From a virus, in IMG/VR virus record IMGVR_UViG_3300035698_014365, positions 1-64,000 of that record: 64,000 nt of DNA; one strand, given 5' to 3'. The position numbers were made by a program, and so were the translations under genes. The notes under the pieces are model-generated. The model was not told where the DNA came from, did not search any database, and was given only the letters and a program-made list of their open reading frames with translations. Below are positions 54,988 through 63,428 of the stretch, piece by piece (the stretch's first letter is position 1; each line of letters begins with the position of its first letter).

Positions 54988-55359
54988 TTAGACCGTGTGC
55001 GTCCCTTCTACACCCCGGGCCTGACGCGCAGCCGTACGGTGGTTGAGCCAGTGCATGGCCTCTTCCAGCTTCGTGAGCGCCAAGGCGTTCTCGCGGCACG
55101 AGTAGTCACCGGACTGGAACCCCTGAAGCCGGTCGATGACGATGGCGATCAGGTCTTCGTTGTGGCACCCGTTGACATCCCCTTCTTTGATTGGGCCGTT
55201 CTGAAACTCGACCCAGGCAAACGTCGTGGGTGGCGTGTCCTTGTCAGAAGGCTTGTCCACCTCTCCAACCTGATACCTGTGGCACGCATTCCCCGCGCCC
55301 GGCTTGTCGAGGCACACAACCTTTGTGTAGCGCTGGCTTCCAATGCCCAGTGTTCTCAT
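54988..55359 (-). CDS. tad1: Tad1-family anti-Thoeris/anti-CBASS nucleotide sponge
   Basis: GAGNACHRY...FQNGP...NG..NEDLIAIVIDRLQGFQSG.YSCRENALALTKLEEAMHWL..R...R..RGVEGT follows the Tad1 pattern along its length. Confidence 0.85.
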   Translation of the reverse strand: MRTLGIGSQRYTKVVCLDKPGAGNACHRYQVGEVDKPSDKDTPPTTFAWVEFQNGPIKEGDVNGCHNEDLIAIVIDRLQGFQSGDYSCRENALALTKLEEAMHWLNHRTAARQARGVEGTHTV

Positions 55360-55505
55360 TTCTTCTTTCTCCTCTTCTTTTTTTTCGACTTACCGGCCTT
55401 GTCAAGCGCGATAGCCACTCTCTGTTTTTTGGGATACCCTTCGCCAGCGAGCTTCTTGATATTCTTGCTGATGGAAACGGGCGACTTTCCACTTGCGAGC
55501 GGCAT
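55356..55505 (-). CDS. 49-aa highly basic protein (MPLASGKS...QRVAIALDKAGKSKKKKRRKKK), absent from the ORF track
   Basis: Hand translation; GGAGG SD; ATGA overlap with tad1. Confidence 0.75.
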   Translation of the reverse strand: MPLASGKSPVSISKNIKKLAGEGYPKKQRVAIALDKAGKSKKKKRRKKK

Positions 55506-55518
55506 AGCCGCCTCCTCT

Positions 55519-55710
55519 CTACTTAGCCTTCTTCCGGGCCTTCCGGGCCTTGCGAATCTTCTTCAGGAGCTTGTCCATCTTCGCTTCCAGGGCTGCCACT
55601 CGCTTCTCCAGCTCCTCGATCACAATTTCCTTCCCCGACACCCGAATCTTCGCCGGCGCCTTCTTCAGCACGACCTTCTTCTTTGCTGCCACTTTCCTTG
55701 CTACCGCCAT
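55519..55710 (-). CDS. Small Lys/Ala-rich basic protein
   Basis: GAGGA SD; MAVARKVAAKKK...KARKARKKAK. Confidence 0.7.
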   Translation of the reverse strand: MAVARKVAAKKKVVLKKAPAKIRVSGKEIVIEELEKRVAALEAKMDKLLKKIRKARKARKKAK

Positions 55711-56062
55711 CCTCTTCCTCCTTCTGATAGACAAGCAATGGCTTGCCTGCTTTGTGCAGTGGCTTGACCATCTTGAAGCCATGCTTCAAACACAGGTCGC
55801 GCCCTGCCGTGGATAACCAAGAGGTCCATATTGCATCGAACCTCTGGGTCAAGTACCACATGAGCCTGTCTGCAAACCCCTTTTGGCGGTCCTCTTCGTG
55901 GTACACGTAGATATCGAGAAGCACGAGCCCTTCGCGGTCACTCGGGTTGATCACGAGCGCGCGACCAATCATACGCTCTTCCTCGTACAGTGGAATATTG
56001 TAAATGCCGTAGCACTCAATGTACTCTTCCTCGACCGACACTTCCTTGACTTTCTGAATCAT
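55523..56062 (-). CDS. GNAT-family acetyltransferase
   Basis: DIYV..E.RQKGFA..LM (motif A) and L..KHGF (motif B). Confidence 0.75.
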   Translation of the reverse strand: MIQKVKEVSVEEEYIECYGIYNIPLYEEERMIGRALVINPSDREGLVLLDIYVYHEEDRQKGFADRLMWYLTQRFDAIWTSWLSTAGRDLCLKHGFKMVKPLHKAGKPLLVYQKEEEDGGSKESGSKEEGRAEEGAGEDSGVGEGNCDRGAGEASGSPGSEDGQAPEEDSQGPEGPEEG

Positions 56063-58164
56063 CTCGCCATCCACCTTTCGGGTCTTTTCGTCCGATCTGT
56101 CTTCGGAGCCTCTACTCGCTGGTATTCTCTACGACTCGCCACGTGCGGCGCTGGCCGCTTCTTCCTTCTGACCTCGCTCAGGATGAGCAGGAGGGCTTTG
56201 CACATCAGCGCCTCTTCGTCCTGAATTTTCTTGTCACGCACACTCCACAGACTCAACTGCTTGCGGGCAATCGGGCACTTATTGTGGATAACCACGCGGT
56301 CGTCGTTGAACATCTGGACGCCAAGGGCAATCGCGCCGAACTCGTCGTACCTGACGGGCTCCCGGGTCACCACCCCAGCCTGCTCACGGAACACATCGGA
56401 CAACGGGCGCCGGCCACCCGACTCTTTGAACATTAGATCGTTGCCAATCACGTTTGCCTGGCGGTAGTCGTGGAGATACACGCCGTATCGCGACTCTTCG
56501 CGCAGGGACGCCGCCATTTCGGTCACCAAGGGGGTGTCCTGCCAGAATTCAGTGTACACCCACAGCTTATTGCGGTAATACTCGTAAATTGCGCCAATTC
56601 CGCCCAGCGTAAGGTCTTTTCCGAGAACGAGGGCCACAAAATGCAGTATTTCGACTGCCACCGGCCCATTCCAGGTAGGATCGAAGGCGTGGCGCACGTC
56701 CCAGTCCACTGTGAACGCTGAGCTCATCACATTTGAGGACGTTTGGGTGAATATCTTCTTGGGTCCGCCGGCAAAGGCCAGCACACAGGCGTCTCCCTTG
56801 TCCGGAGAGCGTGATATGCGGGCCTTAAAGTCGGTTTTCGACTCCATCTTGATAGCAGTGCCGTCACCCGGGCGCCATTCGCGTCCACTGAGCTCGTCAA
56901 GCAGAAATTCGTCGCGGCACAGCACCATGTCGTCGATGTCGGCACCCACATTGAACCACATCTCTGTGGCATACCCCTTGTACTCAGGATTTGAGGACTT
57001 GGCGTTGCTGTAAATCGGCACCACTTCGAGATTGTCGGCCTCGTTGAGGGTCAGAAACTCGATAAGCGCAGCCCCGTACCCGCCATGGGCATCCACCTTG
57101 ACCTTTATCCGGTCGGTCGGGCTCTTGAAGTCGCGCCTGGCGTCCCGAATGTCCTGCAGCACGAACCGGTTGAGCTCCTGTGGGGTTGCCTTGGGGTGAG
57201 TGGCTATGCGGTGGAGTATGTTCCCCTGCCGGACTGCCACTGTGGCCAGGTCGTCACCCTCAAATGCAGGGTCAACGCCTACCTCGAGCGGACCCGACGC
57301 CGACCACTCGCCATTCTCGTAGCGCACCATTGCCGCATTGACCCTGTCCCACGCCATGATTGCCCGCGGGTTGGAGGGCGGGAACTCGCCGAGCACACGC
57401 ACCATATACTGTGGGCTGTCGCGGTTGTATTTGCGGCGCCAGTATTCAATCGATTCTGGGGTTACGAGGCTGGATTCCTCGGCATTGTAGTGCAGATGCT
57501 TCCACAGGCCCGCATCGGTGTGGAAGGTGTCGAAAAACCACCCCTGTGTGCGCGTAGGGTTACCGCAGAGCAGAATGTGGTTATTGGGTCCAGTCAGGCA
57601 GCCCATGAGGCCGTCACGCATCTTATCGATGTTTTCGCCACTGGCCTCGTCCACCACCACGAGCACATGATCTTCATGGAGGCCGGTGATTGACTCCTGG
57701 TCGCGCGCGGTCACGATATTGGCAAACCACGTCTGCGGTGAATCGACGAACACCAATTTCTCCGCCGTGTACTCCAGCTTGTCCTTTATGGTGCTGCGAT
57801 TGTACCACTTGCCCACTTCGGCCCAGGTGGTCATTTTGAGCTGGTCATACTTGGAGCCGGTGATGATTATTCTGGCGTTCTCGTACAGATAGATGAATGT
57901 GAGGACAATGAGGGCCACAGATCCCGTTTTCCCAATTCCATGACCTGAGCGGGCGCACACGCGCGGAAAGTCCTGAACGGCCGTAATGAGCTCTACCTGC
58001 TCTGGCTCAACCCGCCGACCCTGCACCTGTGCCGCGACATCTTCCGGACTCAGGCACATTATCTGATCTTCGATGAACGCCACCCAGTTTGACTGGTAGT
58101 AGCGCAGCTCTTCAATCGACAGGTCTATGAGGGAGTTCTTAGCCAACGGCGTTTGCCCGTTCAA
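56059..58164 (-). CDS. terL: Terminase large subunit with a C-terminal extension
   Basis: RSGHGIGKT (Walker A), VVVDEASG (Walker B), GNP, VLGEFP, VGVDPA..GDD, SPDKGDA. Confidence 0.95.
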   Translation of the reverse strand: MNGQTPLAKNSLIDLSIEELRYYQSNWVAFIEDQIMCLSPEDVAAQVQGRRVEPEQVELITAVQDFPRVCARSGHGIGKTGSVALIVLTFIYLYENARIIITGSKYDQLKMTTWAEVGKWYNRSTIKDKLEYTAEKLVFVDSPQTWFANIVTARDQESITGLHEDHVLVVVDEASGENIDKMRDGLMGCLTGPNNHILLCGNPTRTQGWFFDTFHTDAGLWKHLHYNAEESSLVTPESIEYWRRKYNRDSPQYMVRVLGEFPPSNPRAIMAWDRVNAAMVRYENGEWSASGPLEVGVDPAFEGDDLATVAVRQGNILHRIATHPKATPQELNRFVLQDIRDARRDFKSPTDRIKVKVDAHGGYGAALIEFLTLNEADNLEVVPIYSNAKSSNPEYKGYATEMWFNVGADIDDMVLCRDEFLLDELSGREWRPGDGTAIKMESKTDFKARISRSPDKGDACVLAFAGGPKKIFTQTSSNVMSSAFTVDWDVRHAFDPTWNGPVAVEILHFVALVLGKDLTLGGIGAIYEYYRNKLWVYTEFWQDTPLVTEMAASLREESRYGVYLHDYRQANVIGNDLMFKESGGRRPLSDVFREQAGVVTREPVRYDEFGAIALGVQMFNDDRVVIHNKCPIARKQLSLWSVRDKKIQDEEALMCKALLLILSEVRRKKRPAPHVASRREYQRVEAPKTDRTKRPERWMAR

Positions 58165-58843
58165 TGTGCCCGTGGTGGATTACAACCTCATCGAACGCTT
58201 GGGCCGCCTCTTCTTCATCCTTGAAGGTGCCTATCTCAATATCCTTGCCATCTATGCGCGCGACGACCTCAAACTTGCCATCTGTGCCGCGCTGCCACAC
58301 CCCCCGGTATTTCGATGTCTTGAAGGCCACCCTGTGCTCCCCACCCGGGAACTCTCTGGCTTGGCTCGCCGGCAGGAAGGAAATGTCGTTGATATCCGCC
58401 CCGGGACCGAACGCCTCAATTGCAGTGGCATTGTACGCCCTGGCAGCATCCGTCTCGTTATCGAACAACCCTATGTGGCAATTGTTGAAATGGGATTCCC
58501 ACAGACCCCGATTGTCGTACCAGCGCACCCCAGCGTACTCAGACTTGCCCACACCACTCACCCAGCGCTCAGATTTACCACTGAGGTTGATTGGCAGCAT
58601 GTTTCCCTTGCGACAGTCGAGGGAGTTGCCGTTGATGAATTTAATGAGGAAATATGGGGGGTAACCGCAGATTAAACGATGGAGATAAACCTTCTTGTAC
58701 CTGCCTTCGATGCGCATGCCGCGGGTGGCATACTTGTGCTTCTCGTCGCGTATGAGGGCCGACCAGTTGTAGTCCGAGAGCCAGTCGTAGACCTTCGAGT
58801 CTACAAGCGCGCGCTCATTCTTCGTCAGGAGAAGGCTCTTCAC
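58139..58843 (-). CDS. HNH-AP2 homing-endonuclease-like protein with two AP2 domains; HNH site degenerate
   Basis: LHRLI...INGN.LD.R..N; SEYAGV...IGLFDNETDAARAYN and SKYRGV...IGTFKDEEEAAQAFD. Confidence 0.85.
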   Translation of the reverse strand: MKSLLLTKNERALVDSKVYDWLSDYNWSALIRDEKHKYATRGMRIEGRYKKVYLHRLICGYPPYFLIKFINGNSLDCRKGNMLPINLSGKSERWVSGVGKSEYAGVRWYDNRGLWESHFNNCHIGLFDNETDAARAYNATAIEAFGPGADINDISFLPASQAREFPGGEHRVAFKTSKYRGVWQRGTDGKFEVVARIDGKDIEIGTFKDEEEAAQAFDEVVIHHGHIERANAVG

Positions 58844-59000
58844 GTTGCTCGTACTCCCGGTTGATTACCTGACGTATCCACGCGGCCGGGGAGAGCTTGT
58901 CCTCTACCCACTCACAGATGGCTTCCTGAAGCCTGATCGTGGTTTTGAGGCGCCTGCTCTTAGTGCCATATCCCGCTACTGGTGGACGACCCTCACGCAT
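58815..59000 (-). CDS. Small ribbon-helix-helix-like regulator
   Basis: KTTIRL....EWV...LSPAAWIRQVI. Confidence 0.55.
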   Translation of the reverse strand: MREGRPPVAGYGTKSRRLKTTIRLQEAICEWVEDKLSPAAWIRQVINREYEQREEPSPDEE

Positions 59001-59130
59001 TGACCCTACTTCCGCGACTTGCGCTGTGTTGCTGCACGCTTCTTCTGGCGAGCAACAAGGGCCTTCTTCTCGCGCTCCATGATGCTGTCACCTTTTCTCT
59101 GTGTAGATGTCTTCTTGGCCATGTTCGGCA

Positions 59131-59394
59131 TTATTTCTTCCCCTTTTTTGATTTGTCGATTTTCACGTCTTTGGGAGAAACCCGCTTAGACCCATAAAAC
59201 AGCTTCTTTGTAACGTGCTCATCCTTCTGTGCTTGGGTCTTGAACGTCTTCCCGTATGTCAAGGAGTCCGTTAGGGCGCCGGCCCGCCTGTCCAGCGCAG
59301 CCCTTTTCTTCGAATCCCGCCTTTTAAGCGCGGCCCGATCCTTGGCTATTTTCTTCATCTCGGAGTCGTACTTCTTTTCTGACAGCTTTGCCAT
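59131..59394 (-). CDS. Small Lys-rich protein
   Basis: GGAGG SD; composition. Confidence 0.65.
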   Translation of the reverse strand: MAKLSEKKYDSEMKKIAKDRAALKRRDSKKRAALDRRAGALTDSLTYGKTFKTQAQKDEHVTKKLFYGSKRVSPKDVKIDKSKKGKK

Positions 59395-59405
59395 ACCTTC
59401 CTCCT

Positions 59406-59588
59406 CTACGCTCCGCGTAGGTCGTTTGGGCCGCGCTGAGGGGGTCCGCCATTCATCATGCGAACCTGCTCAAGGTCGTCCCCCGACATCGGGTGTGATT
59501 TGTGACACTTCTCGCAGTACCACTCCGACGCCTTGGGGTAGTGGTCGCTGATAAGCGGTCTGCAGGCTTTGCCACATGCGCACTTCAT
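59406..59588 (-). CDS. Small zinc-ribbon protein
   Basis: CxCG...YCxxC; AGGAG SD. Confidence 0.6.
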   Translation of the reverse strand: MKCACGKACRPLISDHYPKASEWYCEKCHKSHPMSGDDLEQVRMMNGGPPQRGPNDLRGA

Positions 59589-59596
59589 AAGGTCTC

Positions 59597-59818
59597 CTAT
59601 GTCCTCTCAAGGAACTTTTCGAATGACTCCTCTGTCTCCAGAGCAATCTTCAGGTTGATAACATCTTCCTTGGAAATGGGCGTATCGCGCCCCTCGACCT
59701 CATCAGGGTTTCTGACGGTGCCGTCGGCATGCAGGTATCGCAGCCTGCGATGGTCCACTGAATTGAGCATCCCTTCCTCACAATGATTCGGCCACCCGCC
59801 GAAACTCATCCACGCCAA
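59597..59818 (-). CDS. Hypothetical protein
   Basis: Tiles with neighbours. Confidence 0.5.
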   Translation of the reverse strand: MAWMSFGGWPNHCEEGMLNSVDHRRLRYLHADGTVRNPDEVEGRDTPISKEDVINLKIALETEESFEKFLERT

Positions 59819-59877
59819 TTTCCTTCGCCAAAGCCTTCAGGTCAAATCTTCCACTATGATACGCGGCCGCCAGCTCT

Positions 59878-60094
59878 TCATTTCTGTCGCTTCGGCCCAG
59901 AAGCTCGTCGGCCAGCTCCATAATCGTTGCTTCTTCCAGTGATACGAATTCCTCCACTCTTACCCTCCGGTCTCTTGTAAAACTCCGGCTTCACGGGAGC
60001 GTACGTCCCGCACTTATTGCAAATCGGCCCCTTGCGATACCAGGAGTGGCACCCCTCCTTCGGACACGCCCTGTCAGCCTGCCGGGCAAGCATC
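59878..60094 (-). CDS. Small Cys-containing basic protein
   Basis: CPxxxC...CxxCG; start chosen after GGAGG. Confidence 0.5.
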
Positions 60095-60346
60095 GAGCAA
60101 GTCCTCCTGCACCGCCCAGATGCCATCAAAGCACTCTGCGAACCGATATCCGGTGATTCCGCGGTGCCGAGCGTACGATCTGAAGCTCTGAGCAGCCGCC
60201 TCCTTCGTCCACGGATACGGGCCCTCGCTGTGCCCGGCAATACTCCCAACCCGCCACGTCCAGCGCCCGGGCTTCACCTCTTCGAATTTTACGAGTATCA
60301 GTGCCATGATTTCTCCTAATATCGTCTTTTGGCGGTCGAAAGTCAA
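60074..60346 (-). CDS. Hypothetical protein
   Basis: Tiles with neighbours; an internal AGGAG+ATG is an alternative start. Confidence 0.5.
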   Translation of the reverse strand: MTFDRQKTILGEIMALILVKFEEVKPGRWTWRVGSIAGHSEGPYPWTKEAAAQSFRSYARHRGITGYRFAECFDGIWAVQEDLLDACPAG

Positions 60347-60349
60347 GCC

Positions 60350-60751
60350 CTAAAGTGAATCTTCGCGCACAACCTTGCCGCCGATGGTCACCGTGAACCC
60401 GTGGCCGTAGTACCCATTGTGGGAGTTGAAGAGGTGTAGGTAGAGGACCTTTTTGCCCTTCACGAGCTTGAATGCCACCATTCCTCCCGCGTCGAGGGCG
60501 CTGTATCCGTGTTCGCGCGCCTCAAGAACAACCTCCTGAAAAAACTCTGGGTCGAACTGCCAGCCGTCCAAATCTCTCGGTTGGCTCAGCTCCCCATCGT
60601 AGTCGTAAGTAGTGGCGATCTCTTTGGTGATGAACCAGTCGGCTCTCTCGCAGCAAGACTGGCCCATGTCGTATCCGACGAGCACGTTGTTGTCGTCTAC
60701 AAAATTAACCTTTTGTGCCCACCCTCCGTCGTTGCTGTCGAAAATTTTCAT
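60350..60751 (-). CDS. Conserved-type phage hypothetical protein (QSCCE...SHNGYYG)
   Basis: Motif pair that I recall from phage hypothetical proteins. Confidence 0.7.
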   Translation of the reverse strand: MKIFDSNDGGWAQKVNFVDDNNVLVGYDMGQSCCERADWFITKEIATTYDYDGELSQPRDLDGWQFDPEFFQEVVLEAREHGYSALDAGGMVAFKLVKGKKVLYLHLFNSHNGYYGHGFTVTIGGKVVREDSL

Positions 60752-60763
60752 AGCTTTTTCCCC

Positions 60764-60904
60764 TCAGAACGTCACCGCGACAGTGAGAACCGCTGCCGCT
60801 ATCCAGTACACCACTCGCCGCACGTCGCCGTCGATCCCGCACACCACGGCCGCGCCCACATCACAAACTATCAGTATGCACGGGAATATCTGTGTGCGGT
60901 TCAT
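60764..60904 (-). CDS. 46-aa two-helix membrane protein, absent from the ORF track
   Basis: Hand translation MNRTQIFPCILIVCDVGAAVVCGIDGDVRRVVYWIAAAVLTVAVTF. Confidence 0.7.
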   Translation of the reverse strand: MNRTQIFPCILIVCDVGAAVVCGIDGDVRRVVYWIAAAVLTVAVTF

Positions 60905-60913
60905 CGCCACCCC

Positions 60914-61324
60914 TTATCCATTCTTCCTCCCGGGCACGCCCAGCCGGTCACAGGCTCTGTCGTAGGCCACACCCGCCTCATCCTGCCCATCAAACGTCCC
61001 CAGGAACTCCCTCACCCCGCCAACACAAATATCCGCCCGGAACCCACCCCGAAAACCCCTGACCCCCTTGGGCTTGCTTCGCCCCGGGCAATATTTCGCC
61101 GCCGCACACCCGGAAACCACACACAACCCCAGCGACACTTCCCTCCCCACCTTCACAAGCACAGCCCCCGCAGCGCGGGCAGCCGAGAAAACACCCTCCT
61201 CACCCACCGGCCACATACCCTCCGGAACCAGCACCGCCCATGGGTTACCTTCGACCATACCAGTTTTTCGGGCATACGCCAGCATCTTGCCAAACCACTC
61301 TGCATTTAATCGTTTTCCGTTCAT
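60914..61324 (-). CDS. Protein with a C-terminal AP2-like DNA-binding domain
   Basis: KGVR...FRADI.VGG.REFLGTFD..DEA..AYDRA. Confidence 0.7.
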   Translation of the reverse strand: MNGKRLNAEWFGKMLAYARKTGMVEGNPWAVLVPEGMWPVGEEGVFSAARAAGAVLVKVGREVSLGLCVVSGCAAAKYCPGRSKPKGVRGFRGGFRADICVGGVREFLGTFDGQDEAGVAYDRACDRLGVPGRKNG

Positions 61325-61327
61325 GGG

Positions 61328-62449
61328 CTATTCCACCTCCATGTATGCCTGAATAAATTCAGCCGCTACTTGCGGAACGATTGCATTGCCGTAACCCCGC
61401 AGCAGGCCCACTCTTCCGGGTAGCCCATCAACCAGCGGGGCAAGTCCGGGTTTAATTGGCCGCGCTTTCCCGTCCGCACAGGGGATGTAGATGCAGTCTG
61501 CCCAAGCACAGTGGCGGCCGCCTGGAGGTCTCCCCCGCCGCTCTGCGTCCGGCCCAGCTCCTGCTTGCGTTCTGCACTCTCCGCTCCCCCCGTTATCGCT
61601 CTGGGTGTCGGCCATCCCGCTACCGCTGCTTGTCTGGGAAGCTGATCCACCCTCGCTCTCTTCGACCCGTCCGGGTTCACCCCCTCCTGACTCATTCCCG
61701 AGGTGTCCTTCCAGTCCCTGCTTGAGGGCGTCACCCACCCCGTCGCCAGGTGTATTTGATCCCTCAGTTTGTACCGGCCCTGGGCGTCCGGGCGTATCTC
61801 CATTACTCCGCCTTCGCCGTCCGTGTGGTTTGGGGTTCTCCACCCCGCCTGCTGCCCCATGTACTCCAGATCCCCCATCGTCACCCGGTTCGCAAATGAC
61901 GAGTTCTGATCTTTCCGGTTCGCCGTACCCTGCCGTTTGACATTTGCCTTGACCGTCGGCCACCCACCAGAGCCTTTGTCTGATGTGCGGAGTCCCGAGG
62001 CCCGCAGCGCACAGATCGGCACCCCCGAATCCATATCCCAATGCTTCCATTTCAGAGCGTACTCCGGTGAGCCATAGCCTGCCAGCCTTGCTCGCAACCT
62101 GCTCTCCAAACACGACTGCAGGGTTTCCTTCGCTGATAATTCGTCGGAAATCAGGCCACAGGTGTCTGGGGTCGTCGGTTCCACCACCCTTTCCCGCTGC
62201 GCTGAAGGGCTGACAGGGACAGCTCCCGGTCCAAACAGGTCGGTCTGCTGGCCATCCTGCGAGCCGCAACGCAAGGGCCCATCCCCCGATTCCGGCAAAG
62301 AAGTGGCACTGCCTGTATTTCCCGAGTTCCCCACCATCCACCTCCTTTATACTCCGGCAGTCCACATACCCCCACGGCAAATGGCCGGCCTTAATCAACT
62401 CTCGCAACCACTGACACGATTTCGGGTCATTGTCGTTGTAATAAACCAT
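61328..62449 (-). CDS. DNA (cytosine-5) methyltransferase, main (alpha) frame
   Basis: FFAGIGGW (I), GSCPCQPFS (IV), GEQV (VI), HIRQRLW (VIII), LRGYGNAIVPQVA (X). Confidence 0.9.
   Translation of the reverse strand: MVYYNDNDPKSCQWLRELIKAGHLPWGYVDCRSIKEVDGGELGKYRQCHFFAGIGGWALALRLAGWPADRPVWTGSCPCQPFSAAGKGGGTDDPRHLWPDFRRIISEGNPAVVFGEQVASKAGRLWLTGVRSEMEALGYGFGGADLCAAGLGTPHIRQRLWWVADGQGKCQTAGYGEPERSELVICEPGDDGGSGVHGAAGGVENPKPHGRRRRSNGDTPGRPGPVQTEGSNTPGDGVGDALKQGLEGHLGNESGGGEPGRVEESEGGSASQTSSGSGMADTQSDNGGSGECRTQAGAGPDAERRGRPPGGRHCAWADCIYIPCADGKARPIKPGLAPLVDGLPGRVGLLRGYGNAIVPQVAAEFIQAYMEVE
61366..62337 (-). CDS. Nested alternative-frame ORF, putative methyltransferase beta polypeptide (TRD + motif IX); start uncertain
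   Basis: Repeated GW(P/R/V)T(P/V) units and GQLNPDLPRWLMGYP (motif IX), which is missing from the alpha frame. Confidence 0.7.
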   Translation of the reverse strand: MVGNSGNTGSATSLPESGDGPLRCGSQDGQQTDLFGPGAVPVSPSAQRERVVEPTTPDTCGLISDELSAKETLQSCLESRLRARLAGYGSPEYALKWKHWDMDSGVPICALRASGLRTSDKGSGGWPTVKANVKRQGTANRKDQNSSFANRVTMGDLEYMGQQAGWRTPNHTDGEGGVMEIRPDAQGRYKLRDQIHLATGWVTPSSRDWKDTSGMSQEGVNPDGSKRARVDQLPRQAAVAGWPTPRAITGGAESAERKQELGRTQSGGGDLQAAATVLGQTASTSPVRTGKRGQLNPDLPRWLMGYPEEWACCGVTAMQSFRK

Positions 62450-62502
62450 CCCACCCCTTCAGGGTTATTTTCGCCACAAATGGTTTTCGGCCCCCCAGAG
62501 CA

Positions 62503-62531
62503 AAGATACTGTTCTGACCGCCAAAAGTCAA
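62503..62531 (-). promoter_or_regulatory. Putative promoter TTGACT-N17-TATCTT
   Basis: Near-consensus boxes upstream of the methyltransferase. Confidence 0.55.
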
Positions 62532-62585
62532 TAGTGAATATTCACACGGGTAATTAAAAAGCGACCTTGAATACATGGACAGGTG

Positions 62586-62622
62586 GATTTAATGGGAGAT
62601 TTAATGGGAGGCACAATGGGAG
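62586..62622 (+). repeat. AATGGGAG x3 at a 12-bp period in the non-coding block
   Basis: Copies at 62591, 62603 and 62615. Confidence 0.8.
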
Positions 62623-62824
62623 GGGAGTTGCGACGGTCAAAAGTCGTTCGTGGAAATACACAGCAGTGGGGAGGAGGTGATATATATAAATCTCAAGCAC
62701 GGGGATCGTATATGGGGGAGACCCCCCCCCCCACCCCTTTGGATCTGTGTGTGCCAGTGTGCGCAGAACAGGCCCTACTATACATATTAAACATTATGCG
62801 ACACGCAACAGGCCCGTATGCACT

Positions 62825-63421
62825 CTATTCATCACTCGCTTGTGCTTTCGACACGTCCGTGATGTCTGCACCCACATCCCTCGCAATTCTTCGCGCCTCC
62901 TGGTTAGCACTGAATGCCTGCCTCCGTGCCTCGCCAGGCTGTAGGCCTATGTTAACGTCTACGGTGCTGTGTTCACCGAATAGCTGAGGGTTCCACTTGG
63001 CAGCACGCCACTGTGCACCCCTGTCTATCACGCTCCATATGCGGCTCTTAAGGTCTATCTTGCGCATATTGCCCACATCCTGTGGGGATACCTCATCTGC
63101 CTCCATGGCTATATTTCGCTGTTTCTCTTTTACGGCCTGAACCTGTGCGATGCTGCGAACGGCCATTGCGCGCTTGTATGGCGCAAGCATTCCGGTTAAC
63201 CCACTTAGCCACAAATAGAACCCCTGGCGCGATATTCCATGTTTCTTGCATATCTCAGATACTGTTAAATCCGTGTTCGCTGCAATCTCTCTGAGGATGC
63301 TCTTTGCAAGGGAGGGGGAATATATTTGGTAGGGGTGCCCGCCATGGTTTTTCTTTGGTGGGATAGCTGGCACGTCGTCGAAGCTATCAACTGGCTGTGT
63401 GTTGTCTTGTAGTTGTTCCAT
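62825..63421 (-). CDS. terS: Terminase small subunit (HTH, Sf6/P22-like)
   Basis: YSP.LA..I...I...TV.EICKK.GISR..FY.WL...Y..A; QW.AAK.NP..FGE. Confidence 0.85.
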   Translation of the reverse strand: MEQLQDNTQPVDSFDDVPAIPPKKNHGGHPYQIYSPSLAKSILREIAANTDLTVSEICKKHGISRQGFYLWLSGLTGMLAPYKRAMAVRSIAQVQAVKEKQRNIAMEADEVSPQDVGNMRKIDLKSRIWSVIDRGAQWRAAKWNPQLFGEHSTVDVNIGLQPGEARRQAFSANQEARRIARDVGADITDVSKAQASDE

Positions 63422-63428
63422 AGAGAAC

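Noticed and set aside
7343-62000. Long + strand ORFs opposite the late genes (e.g. 12415-13446, 17041-18060, 21619-22557, 34317-35279, 54832-55767)
   Set aside because: They are antisense shadows of well-supported minus-strand genes in GC-rich DNA and have no recognisable motifs.
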